64,000 bases of DNA from a virus (lineage: Duplodnaviria; Heunggongvirae; Uroviricota; Caudoviricetes). The DNA lies in IMG/VR virus record IMGVR_UViG_3300031994_000001, positions 183,799 to 247,798 of that record, one strand, 5' to 3'. The translations under genes and the position numbers were made by a program. Positions 36,824 through 44,868 of this stretch are shown piece by piece. The notes below the pieces were generated by a model. That model was not told where the DNA came from. It was given only the letters and a program-made list of their open reading frames with translations, and did not search any database. The number at the start of each line of letters is the position of its first letter. Positions within the stretch are counted from its first letter, which is position 1.

Positions 36824-37585
36824 ATGAAGTACCAAGGCAACAAGAACAGATACCGAGCGGAAATTCTGCCGATAATCCTCAACGGGTGGAAAGGGTACAA
36901 CAGCGGTCGCTATTATGTAGAGCCGTTCTGCGGCAGTTGCAGCGTCCTGCAATACGTGAACGGCAAACGAATCGCCAACGACAAAAACAAGTACCTTATC
37001 GCTATGTGGAAATCCCTCGTTGCGAATAAGGATATGCCGAGAATCATAGACAAGGAGTTCTATGACGATGTGAGGGATTGCTTCTACGGCAGAAACGCCA
37101 AGTATTCGGACGATATTGTCGGTTGGGTAGGGTATATGGCTTCGTATAACGGTCGCTTCTTTGACGGAGGATACAGCGGTCACAATGTCGTTATAAAGGA
37201 CGGCAGCACCCGTGACTATATAACGGAAAACATAGAGAACACCATTGTCCAAATTCCGTACCTGCACGATGTTGATTTCAGAAGTTGCGACTACAACGAA
37301 CTTGAACTGCCGCCGAATTCGCTCGTATATGCAGACCCGCCGTACAAGAACACCAAGCAGTATATGTATTCAAAGGATTTCGACCACGAGGCGTTCTACG
37401 AATGGTGCAGGAAAACGGTCGCTGACGGACACACGCTGTTCATATCCGAATACAATATGCCAAGCGATTTCGAGTGTGTTTGGAGCAAGGATGTGACCTG
37501 CGCTATGAACCCGAACATAACAAAGAACAACACGGAGAAACTGTTTGTCCTTAAAGGCACAGTGAAACGAAAGACATTATTTTAA
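36824..37585 (+). CDS. dam: DNA adenine methyltransferase (Dam/D12 class)
   Basis: MKYQGNK, YVEPFCGS, YADPPY, FDHEAF.EW, FISEY. Confidence 0.88.
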   Translation: MKYQGNKNRYRAEILPIILNGWKGYNSGRYYVEPFCGSCSVLQYVNGKRIANDKNKYLIAMWKSLVANKDMPRIIDKEFYDDVRDCFYGRNAKYSDDIVGWVGYMASYNGRFFDGGYSGHNVVIKDGSTRDYITENIENTIVQIPYLHDVDFRSCDYNELELPPNSLVYADPPYKNTKQYMYSKDFDHEAFYEWCRKTVADGHTLFISEYNMPSDFECVWSKDVTCAMNPNITKNNTEKLFVLKGTVKRKTLF

Positions 37586-37617
37586 ATCGTGCAATCAAAT
37601 AAGTTAAACTCAAAACT

Positions 37618-37920
37618 ATGGATAATCGTTGCAAACAGATAAGTTATGGAAATAACCACGTCAAAGCGGAGTTCAAGTTAGCAAACGGTAGGACGTTTAT
37701 GACGGAGCAGATTAAATGTCCGATATGTGCCGCAAAAATGGAGATAGCGCAGATGACAACTTTGCCGAGAAACGAACTGCGGCTTCGAGACCGCACACCG
37801 CCGTTCTGCGGTATTGTCTGTGAATCGGTCAACACATACGAAAGCGTTATGCAATGTCCGAACAGATGCTGCACGCTGAACTTTGAACACGAGGTCACGC
37901 AGGTTGCTGTCGGCAATTAA
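37618..37920 (+). CDS. Cys-rich hypothetical protein
   Basis: CPIC and CPNRCC motifs. Confidence 0.6.
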   Translation: MDNRCKQISYGNNHVKAEFKLANGRTFMTEQIKCPICAAKMEIAQMTTLPRNELRLRDRTPPFCGIVCESVNTYESVMQCPNRCCTLNFEHEVTQVAVGN

Positions 37921-37951
37921 CATACATAAGTTATATATAAACCAAACCAAT

Positions 37952-38335
37952 ATGCAAAGAGACGAGGCTATATTTTTCCTCAAAGAAGTGTTTGAGGAAT
38001 TGAAGAAAGACTATCCGAATCTGACATACGGTACATACAATACGGGTGATGTCGGGTTTTTCACAAAAGACGAAAACGGGGTTGAATACCTTGTTGCATA
38101 CGCACCCGCAATTATGCAGAGGTTTCCGAAAGAGAACCGAGTGAAGTATTATATCAATTGCCTGCAAGTGCTTAAAAAGGGCTGCACCTCAAACATTGAT
38201 TCATACAAAATGGAAAATGTAATCGGTATGGTGTCGCTTGACGAAAAAGAGGTTTTATCACGATTCAAGCAGAGTATCAAGAGCGATATGGTGAAACTCA
38301 TAAACAAAAGAATGAACAGCGATGGAAAGGAATAA
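37952..38335 (+). CDS. Hypothetical protein
   Basis: ATG 37952 follows the ATACATAAGTTATATATAA element. Confidence 0.65.
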   Translation: MQRDEAIFFLKEVFEELKKDYPNLTYGTYNTGDVGFFTKDENGVEYLVAYAPAIMQRFPKENRVKYYINCLQVLKKGCTSNIDSYKMENVIGMVSLDEKEVLSRFKQSIKSDMVKLINKRMNSDGKE

Positions 38336-38780
38336 GGAATACAAGCAGATAATATTGAAGGCGCACGAATACAACGAAGCACTCAAAGGCAAGGTTGTTG
38401 ACAAAGTTGTGTTCAATGACAACGGCTCGTATGATACACAATTCTGTATCATAATGTTCACGGACAAAACCTATATTGCCATTGGCACTGGTTACAAAGA
38501 CCTTGAAAGCGGCAATGACGAACCAAACCTCGAAAACTACTGCGTCAATTCGCCCAACTGTGTTGACAGCGGATGTTTCGATTGTCACAGTTGGGTTGAC
38601 ACAGAAGGCAACCTGCATTTCTACGAGTGGATTCAGATTCTCAAAGACTTGGGTCTTTGGATTATAGACGAAAAAGAAGCCAAGGGAATTATTGACCGAA
38701 AGAACGCTGAATATGAGGAACGTGAGTATCAGAATTACCTGCGGCTGAAGGAAAAATTTGAGAAAAAGGAAAACACCTAA
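38322..38780 (+). CDS. Hypothetical protein
   Basis: Co-oriented ORF. Confidence 0.7.
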   Translation: MERNKEYKQIILKAHEYNEALKGKVVDKVVFNDNGSYDTQFCIIMFTDKTYIAIGTGYKDLESGNDEPNLENYCVNSPNCVDSGCFDCHSWVDTEGNLHFYEWIQILKDLGLWIIDEKEAKGIIDRKNAEYEEREYQNYLRLKEKFEKKENT

Positions 38781-38811
38781 TAAAAACTTTCGTTTTTTAT
38801 TATATGTGTAT

Positions 38812-39012
38812 ATGGATAAAGAAACAAAGTTGAATATAGTAAAGGCTTTGCACGCGGAAACGGGCTGCGGTCTTATGAAGATAACGCAATGCCTTGACTC
38901 ACTAATACACGCATTGAAGCACAAGCCTATGGTGAAAATGGATGTCGGCTACCGCTTGAATATGAAATGGGAAGAGTACGACCTCCGCACAGTAAGAAAA
39001 AACGCAGAATGA
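38812..39012 (+). CDS. Small protein resembling the EF-Ts N-terminal (UBA-like) / bL12 C-terminal helical motif
   Basis: KLNIVKALHAETGCGLMKITQCLD vs EF-Ts VKELR..TGAGMMDCKKAL; follows the promoter motif at 38794-38805. Confidence 0.5.
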   Translation: MDKETKLNIVKALHAETGCGLMKITQCLDSLIHALKHKPMVKMDVGYRLNMKWEEYDLRTVRKNAE

Positions 39013-39027
39013 CTAAAAGACAATGTT

Positions 39028-39417
39028 ATGGACGGAATGAAATATGACATTTATATGGACAGAGAGTGTGTCGCCTTGTGTGACGCTCTAAACGAACTGC
39101 CCGATGTAGAGACAACAGAAAGTTGCTGCGGGCATTTCGAGAACCCGTACCGAATTTGGTTCAGAACAAAGAACCCGTATTCGGTAGCCGTAATAGCGCG
39201 GGCAGTTGACAAACGGTATATCGGTATCGAAATGGGTTGGGAGTTGAATGTGGAGACATCCGATGCCGAATCAGACCCGCAATACTGTTTCTGCCTCCAC
39301 TCGGCGAGACCCTACGCCGATTACGGTGAGATGATGACTGACATCACAAAAATTATTGAGAATATAGAGTATTGGAAATCACCAACTTTTTACAACTATT
39401 TCAAATTTAACAATTAA
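39028..39417 (+). CDS. Hypothetical protein with TYW3-like T.ESC.GH motif
   Basis: LCDALNELPDVETTESCCGH resembles the L..IN......TTSSCSG N-terminus of TYW3-fold proteins; fold call tentative. Confidence 0.5.
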   Translation: MDGMKYDIYMDRECVALCDALNELPDVETTESCCGHFENPYRIWFRTKNPYSVAVIARAVDKRYIGIEMGWELNVETSDAESDPQYCFCLHSARPYADYGEMMTDITKIIENIEYWKSPTFYNYFKFNN

Positions 39418-39428
39418 AAATTATAGTT

Positions 39429-41015
39429 ATGAAGGAAATCTTTTCAAAGTCAGAAAATTTCAAGCAGGAATATTCTGCAACAATCGTAAGGGTCGGGGAA
39501 CTCAAGGACATTGAGAACTCCGACAACTTGAAGCAAACCATCATTGACGGATTCAGCGTTGTCGTCAACAAGAACGATGTCAAGGAGGGCGACTATATGA
39601 TTTACTGCAAGAACGAGACCGAATTGAACTCGGAGTACCTTGCCGTGAACAATATGTACGAAATCGGCGAGCGTCACCTTAACGCAAACTGTGTTGAGGT
39701 TGAGAAGTTGATTGCTGACGGCAAAACCGATGAGGCGAAGAAAATGGTCGGCTACTTCAACAAGAACGGTCGTGTCAAGATGATTCGTCTGCGCGGCTGT
39801 CCGTCTATGGGCGTTCTTATGCGTTTGGTGAGTTTCATCAATTGGGACGGCGCATTGGCTGATGTCAATCTCCAAGACTATGTTCACTACGACAGCAACG
39901 GCAACTTCGTTCCATTCGACTTCGACACCGTGAACGGCAAACTGTTCATCAAGGCATACGTGCCGAAAATCAACCCTTGCAGAAGCGGTGGCGGAAGCGG
40001 CGGCGGAAAGAAGAAGGACAAGTCAAAGAAGTTCGACCGAATGATTGAGGGCGAATGGGCGTTCCACTATGACACCAACCAACTCAACTCTAATATGTGG
40101 AGACTGTCTCCCGAAGACGTTGTGTATATCTCAACCAAGGTACACGGCACATCAATCTGTCTCGGCAACATTCTTGTCAAGAAGCCCACATTGCTTAACA
40201 AGTTCCGCGACTTCCTCAACTCATTCAAGGACAAGAAAATCAGCAAGTACGAGCGTCAGTTGAAGCGCACCGAGGACGATTTGCTGAAACTTGAACTCCA
40301 AAAGAAAATCGCAGTCGTTGACAACCGCAAGATTCGCAAGTTCGATACGGAATACTACAATGTGTATTCCTCACGCACGGTCATCAAGAACCAATACATC
40401 AACAAGCAGGTCAACAGCGGTTTCTACTCAACCGACATTTGGGGCGAGTACAACGAAATGCTGAAGGGCAAGATTCCGCAGAACGTGTCAATCTACGGCG
40501 AGATTGTCGGCTACCTCACGGGTTCGTCAAAGATGATTCAGAAGAACTACGACTACGGCTGTGAGGTCGGCGAGAACAAACTTATGATTTACCGTGTCAA
40601 CGAAAAGTTGGAGGACGGCACTCACAAGGAGTACGAGATTGATGAGGTTATTGAGTTCACCAAGCAGTTGGTCGCCCAATACCCCGAAATCGAAAGCAGG
40701 ATTCTGCCGTACACTCTGCTGTTCCACGGCAAACTCTCCGACTTGTATCCGCAAGTTGACAGAGCAAACCATTGGAACGAGAATATCCTTGAGGAACTGA
40801 AGAACGACAAGGAGCATTTCGGTATGGAACTTGACGAGCCTATGTGCAAGAACAAAGTTCCACGCGAGGGTATCTGTCTGCGTATCGCAAACGACCCCGT
40901 TAAGGAGTGCTTCAAGTTGAAGTGCCTCTACTTCCTCGGCAAAGAAGCAGCCAATATTGACAAGGGTGAAGTCGATATCGAAATGGCTGACAACTACGGC
41001 GAGCAACAACAATAG
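39429..41015 (+). CDS. RNA ligase, DRB0094/Rnl2-like with N-terminal tRNA-binding OB-like domain
   Basis: IENSDNL...VKEGDYMIY OB region; TKVHGTS (I), IYGEIVG (III), REGICLR (IV), FKLK (V). Confidence 0.85.
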   Translation: MKEIFSKSENFKQEYSATIVRVGELKDIENSDNLKQTIIDGFSVVVNKNDVKEGDYMIYCKNETELNSEYLAVNNMYEIGERHLNANCVEVEKLIADGKTDEAKKMVGYFNKNGRVKMIRLRGCPSMGVLMRLVSFINWDGALADVNLQDYVHYDSNGNFVPFDFDTVNGKLFIKAYVPKINPCRSGGGSGGGKKKDKSKKFDRMIEGEWAFHYDTNQLNSNMWRLSPEDVVYISTKVHGTSICLGNILVKKPTLLNKFRDFLNSFKDKKISKYERQLKRTEDDLLKLELQKKIAVVDNRKIRKFDTEYYNVYSSRTVIKNQYINKQVNSGFYSTDIWGEYNEMLKGKIPQNVSIYGEIVGYLTGSSKMIQKNYDYGCEVGENKLMIYRVNEKLEDGTHKEYEIDEVIEFTKQLVAQYPEIESRILPYTLLFHGKLSDLYPQVDRANHWNENILEELKNDKEHFGMELDEPMCKNKVPREGICLRIANDPVKECFKLKCLYFLGKEAANIDKGEVDIEMADNYGEQQQ

Positions 41016-41030
41016 TGCTTAACGCACAGC

Positions 41031-41148
41031 GGGCGTGTGGCTGAATTGGTAAAGGCAATTAAGTCACAAAACGGTTCTCGAAAGAGAATACAGCAGCAAC
41101 TTATACAAACTCACTTATCGTATGGCGGTTCGAGTCCGCCCGCGTCCG
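41031..41148 (+). ncRNA. tRNA-scaffolded ncRNA B with 48-nt insert in place of the anticodon loop
   Basis: Acceptor GGGCGTG/CGCGTCC; D arm GCTGAATTGGTAAAGGC; stem TAAGT/ACTTA; T arm GGCGG-TTCGAGT-CCGCC; insert TTCTC-GAAA-GAGAA then N5-CAGCA. Confidence 0.85.
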
Positions 41149-41152
41149 CAAA

Positions 41153-41269
41153 GGGAGTGTGGCTGAACGGTTAGGCGGCGGGATGGCAGATAATTCTTGA
41201 ACAAGAACTTTACAGCAACATTAACCAAGGTAAACCCGTGAGATGGTGGTTCGACTCCATCCGCTCCCA
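41153..41269 (+). ncRNA. tRNA-scaffolded ncRNA C with 52-nt insert in place of the anticodon loop
   Basis: Acceptor GGGAGTG/CGCTCCC; D arm GCTGAACGGTTAGGC; stem GCGGG/CCCGT; T arm GGTGG-TTCGACT-CCATC; insert TTCTTG-AA-CAAGAA then CTTTA-CAGCA. Confidence 0.85.
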
Positions 41270-41284
41270 CAAAAATTTAGAAAT

Positions 41285-42127
41285 ATGCTATTCAACGTAG
41301 ATTATCACATAACTGACATTTGCAACCTCAACTGTGCGCATTGCAGTCATTACTGTCCGTTGGTGAAGTTTATACCAAACACAAAGCACAAGTCGGTTGA
41401 GCAGATTACGGCAGACTTGACGCTGCTGTCAAAGCACAAGGACTATTTGGAGAGATTGGGCATATTGGGCGGCGAACCCTGCCTGCACCCGCAACTCTCG
41501 AAGATATTGCGAATCGCCCGTGGGCTGTTTCCGAAAACAAAAATCGTTCTGACGACAAACGGAACGCTGACCGAGAAATACCTGCGGTGGAAAGATGCCA
41601 TTGAGGAAAACGACATACAACTTTGTGTAACGCTGTACCCGTTCAAAGGGGATGAACAATCCGCTTGGCAGAATTTCAAGAGAATATCCGACTTCATACC
41701 GTCAGTTGATGTTTGGGCATATCCTGCGCAGGTAGGTATGACATATCACCAACTCGCATACGAACCTTGCATAAAGGATGATATGGATAGAGAGGAAAAG
41801 GATAAACTCGAAAGCAAGGTGTTCGGCTGTTACAAGCGTTGGCAATGTAACCAACTCAAAGACGGCAAACTTTGGATATGCCACTATGCCGCTTACTTGG
41901 ACATACTTGAAAAGGCGTTTCCAAACAAGGTGAATATCGGTCAAGACGCACAATGCTATTTGGACTTGAACAATGACAATCTGACCGAGCAGGACATATA
42001 CCAATGGCAATGCGAGACATATCCAAAAATATGCAAGCACTGTACCGATGTCCAACACGGCGGCTATGACGGCGAAACAGAGCCTTGGTGCAGGACAAAG
42101 TATGACATTTCCGAATGGGTTGAATAA
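41285..42127 (+). CDS. Radical SAM protein
   Basis: CNLNCAHC (CxxxCxxC), LGGEP, TTNGT, extra C-terminal Cys cluster; start at ATG 41285. Confidence 0.88.
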   Translation: MLFNVDYHITDICNLNCAHCSHYCPLVKFIPNTKHKSVEQITADLTLLSKHKDYLERLGILGGEPCLHPQLSKILRIARGLFPKTKIVLTTNGTLTEKYLRWKDAIEENDIQLCVTLYPFKGDEQSAWQNFKRISDFIPSVDVWAYPAQVGMTYHQLAYEPCIKDDMDREEKDKLESKVFGCYKRWQCNQLKDGKLWICHYAAYLDILEKAFPNKVNIGQDAQCYLDLNNDNLTEQDIYQWQCETYPKICKHCTDVQHGGYDGETEPWCRTKYDISEWVE

Positions 42128-42138
42128 GCAATAAACTT

Positions 42139-42879
42139 ATGCGAAACAGAGAAGAACTTAATAGATGTATAGCGCAATCCTTAAAGGATGGTCGTTTTTA
42201 TGAAAGATTTGTTGAAGCCCAAATCAAAATAAATTTTCCGCAGTCTTTCTGCAAGCACATTGAGGATTTTGACGACAATATGGTGTTTAGAGTTGACGGC
42301 AAACAATGCGCAAAGACGGAAGTTGATGAAAAATACCACATTGATTTGTTTTTGAAATTTGACAAAAACAAAGAACGGATGCAGAGTATGGATGCCAAAT
42401 CTCCAAAACGCTTGAAACGCCAAGACACATCATATAATTATAACATAGAGTACGTTGAATTTACCAATGTGAATGGAGAAGAAGGATGGGTTCGTGGCAG
42501 AGCGGATTTTATCGCGTTTGTTACAAATGTTGACATAATCATAGTTAGCAGACATTGGCTTTTCGGATATTCAAATGATATTGTGAAACCAAACACACCC
42601 ATTTATATCGGTAACATAGCAGACAAATATCCAAATGACTATCTACATAAATTGAGCAGAAGAAAAGACCGAAAGGATTTGATTACTATATTAAGCACGG
42701 AAGAAATACGCAAAATTGCCAAAGAGCAAAATGGATTGATTATGCGATTTGACAAAAGCATTGATTGGAATCAAATTGACCAAATGAGAAAAAACGGTGA
42801 AGATGTGACTGAATTGCTTGATGTTGACGCGACTGTTATTGATTACAGAAAGACTGAATCTGTCGCAGAAGCATCATAA
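42139..42879 (+). CDS. PD-(D/E)xK-like nuclease (possible homing endonuclease)
   Basis: HIDL...MDAK catalytic-like pattern, VEF...GWVRG.ADFIAF; AT-rich relative to neighbours. Confidence 0.55.
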   Translation: MRNREELNRCIAQSLKDGRFYERFVEAQIKINFPQSFCKHIEDFDDNMVFRVDGKQCAKTEVDEKYHIDLFLKFDKNKERMQSMDAKSPKRLKRQDTSYNYNIEYVEFTNVNGEEGWVRGRADFIAFVTNVDIIIVSRHWLFGYSNDIVKPNTPIYIGNIADKYPNDYLHKLSRRKDRKDLITILSTEEIRKIAKEQNGLIMRFDKSIDWNQIDQMRKNGEDVTELLDVDATVIDYRKTESVAEAS

Positions 42880-42885
42880 ACAGCA

Positions 42886-43014
42886 GGACGTGTAGCCAAA
42901 TCGGTAAAGGCAGAGGAGCGCAAAAGTTTCTTGTAAAGAAACAATCAGCAACCATAGCAAAGAAAACCTCGCATACACATAGGTGTATTGGTGGTTCGAG
43001 TCCACCCGCGTCCA
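42886..43014 (+). ncRNA. tRNA-scaffolded ncRNA D (class II variable arm) with 50-nt insert in place of the anticodon loop
   Basis: Acceptor GGACGTG/CGCGTCC; D arm GCCAAATCGGTAAAGGC; stem GAGG/CCTC; variable arm ATACAC/GTGTAT; T arm GGTGG-TTCGAGT-CCACC; insert GTTTCTT-GTA-AAGAAAC and AAGAA-N5-CAGCA. Confidence 0.85.
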
Positions 43015-43053
43015 CAATCTGACTTCATAACTATACGGCGTTCAAACGCCACA

Positions 43054-43081
43054 AAAAAAGCCGCCTTTCGGGGCGGCTTTC
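43054..43081. terminator. Bidirectional intrinsic terminator
   Basis: AAAGCCGCC-TTTCG-GGGCGGCTTT between convergent units. Confidence 0.85.
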
Positions 43082-43105
43082 CATTTCTTATATATAAGTT
43101 ATGTA

Positions 43106-43765
43106 TCACACAAAAACATACGCCGTTTTGCACTTGTCTGCAAAAATGTTCACAACATCCCGTATGTTACTACACAGAAATTCAACGTTATTGTCAATAA
43201 ACCAAGGTTTGTCAATAAAGATATGCTCCATCAAAAACGGAAGCCATATAGTCAGACTGCCGTTTTTACTGTCCCAACCTTTGCTCGTTTGGGATTCCTC
43301 TTTTATTCTCGAACCCACAAAATAAGGATTGTGCAAATCATTATTGTATATATCACGCATTTTGGCAGTCATTCTCGCTGCCTTGTTGTCACCATAGTCT
43401 TGTGCAAACAAGTCTCTGTCAAAAACAAAAAACAGCAACACAAACAGACATCCTTCACCCGTTCTTTCATTTTTTGGTATGAACGCAACTGTATTGACAC
43501 CCTCGTCATACTTGCCGTTTAACCAACGCTCGTTTATAGTTGCCCGTTTAGCCATTTCATCGCCGAATTCCGAATAGTAGAATCCGTTTGCGTAAATATG
43601 CAGGTGATTGTACTTTGTCTGCGGATAAAGCAGCAAGTGACCTGGCATACTGACATCCTGCAATATATTGTCTATGACCCTTGAAGTCTGTTCAACAAGC
43701 AGAATCTTGTTGTTCTGCATTTTAAGGTAATCCTTTGAAATCGGTGCTATTTGTATCTTGCCCAT
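43106..43765 (-). CDS. Hypothetical protein with KI.PI N-terminal motif
   Basis: MGKIQIAPISKDYLK; last gene of the minus-strand unit. Confidence 0.7.
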   Translation of the reverse strand: MGKIQIAPISKDYLKMQNNKILLVEQTSRVIDNILQDVSMPGHLLLYPQTKYNHLHIYANGFYYSEFGDEMAKRATINERWLNGKYDEGVNTVAFIPKNERTGEGCLFVLLFFVFDRDLFAQDYGDNKAARMTAKMRDIYNNDLHNPYFVGSRIKEESQTSKGWDSKNGSLTIWLPFLMEHIFIDKPWFIDNNVEFLCSNIRDVVNIFADKCKTAYVFV

Positions 43766-43767
43766 TG

Positions 43768-44868
43768 TTATAAGCCTAACTCTTTGCTTACTTTATTAAC
43801 AACATTCCTTATTTCTTTCGACAGTCTGTTAAATCCCGTAATGTCGTAAAATTCCTCCATAAGATGTTCGGGTACTTTGACCATCCCCGTGGAATGCGGC
43901 AAATGTTCCAACGATTTCAAATTGCAGCAGTCGTTGCAATAGAAGTTGTTTCTGATTGACTTCGGCGCACCTTCGAGCGATTCAAGTTTCTTGCAGTAAC
44001 TGCAATCGAACAAGCCGAACACCTCTTCGGGTACGCCGATGAGGTTTGTTATACTTGTATAGGAGCAGATGAAAGAGCCGCATCCCAAGGTTTTTGGAGC
44101 ATATTCGAGAGATTCAAGTCTGCCGCATTGACAGCAGTCGAATGTGTCGCTTATGTGTTCGGGCGCACCTTTCAATGATGTCAGACTGCTACAAGTTCTG
44201 CATCTGAACGAACCATTCACCTTTTTCGGTGCGCCTTCCAAATTGACCAACTTAACACAATCGGAACAGTTGAAATTGCCTCCGACATCAACGGGCGCGT
44301 GTTCAAGGCTGTTCAATTTCACACAATTTGAACAGTCAAACGTGCCGCTTACAGACCTTGGCGCATATTCAAGTGATGTCAGTTTGGCACACCCGCTGCA
44401 ATCAAACATACCGTTCACCGAATACGGCGCACCTTCCAACGACACCAATTCGTCACAACCCCTGCAATCGAAATTAGTGAATATATATTTTGACGCGCCT
44501 TTCAACGACTTTATTTTTCGGCAAAAGCAGCAGGCGTAAAAACCGCCGACATATTCGGGTGAGTGTTCAAGCGATTCAATGTTGGTGTTGCCGCAATTGA
44601 AATTGCCGTAAACCTTTCTCGGTGCGCCATCCAACGAAGTGAGTTCACGCATATTGCTGCAAATGAAGTCACCTTTTATCACGCCGAATTTAATGAGGAA
44701 GTGTCCGTTTTTGTCAAGCATACTCGGAGTGACTTTAACCGCTGTCTCGGAATCATACAAACGGGTCTCCCTATTATAGACGAGACCCATATCCTCCGCC
44801 ATACGCTTGGCTATAAAGTCATTCTGTATGTCTTTAAGCCTTCTTGCCGATACGGGTTGTATTTTCAT
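43768..44868 (-). CDS. Cys-rich leucine-rich-repeat-like solenoid protein (12 repeats of ~22 aa)
   Basis: Repeat L.SLEGAP..V.G.F.C..C; start placed at the ATGA overlap (44868). Confidence 0.85.
   Translation of the reverse strand: MKIQPVSARRLKDIQNDFIAKRMAEDMGLVYNRETRLYDSETAVKVTPSMLDKNGHFLIKFGVIKGDFICSNMRELTSLDGAPRKVYGNFNCGNTNIESLEHSPEYVGGFYACCFCRKIKSLKGASKYIFTNFDCRGCDELVSLEGAPYSVNGMFDCSGCAKLTSLEYAPRSVSGTFDCSNCVKLNSLEHAPVDVGGNFNCSDCVKLVNLEGAPKKVNGSFRCRTCSSLTSLKGAPEHISDTFDCCQCGRLESLEYAPKTLGCGSFICSYTSITNLIGVPEEVFGLFDCSYCKKLESLEGAPKSIRNNFYCNDCCNLKSLEHLPHSTGMVKVPEHLMEEFYDITGFNRLSKEIRNVVNKVSKELGL

Noticed and set aside
41073-41100. preQ1-type riboswitch for the hairpin plus A/C-rich tail
   Set aside because: The loop and tail do not match the preQ1-I pattern, and the motif sits inside tRNA bodies, not before queuosine genes.
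41065-41234. Group I/II introns or tmRNA as explanation of the inserts
   Set aside because: Inserts are far too short for self-splicing introns; there is no tag ORF or Ala acceptor identity, and D stems are present.
41243-41284. ORF-track start of the radical SAM gene at 41243
   Set aside because: It overlaps the T arm of ncRNA C; ATG 41285 is the plausible start.
41285-42127. Radical SAM gene as the NrdD activase NrdG, or as TYW1
   Set aside because: It is larger than NrdG with extra C-terminal cysteines and lies 24 kb from nrdD; nothing specific supports TYW1 beyond the generic CxxxCxxC.
41031-43014. Calling the three elements ordinary tRNA genes (e.g. Ala-GGC for C, Val-CAC for B, Cys-GCA for D)
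   Set aside because: The loops are 48-52 nt. The candidate anticodons need non-canonical positions 32/33 or weak stems, and C lacks the G3:U70 Ala determinant. Splicing cannot be fully excluded without RNA data.
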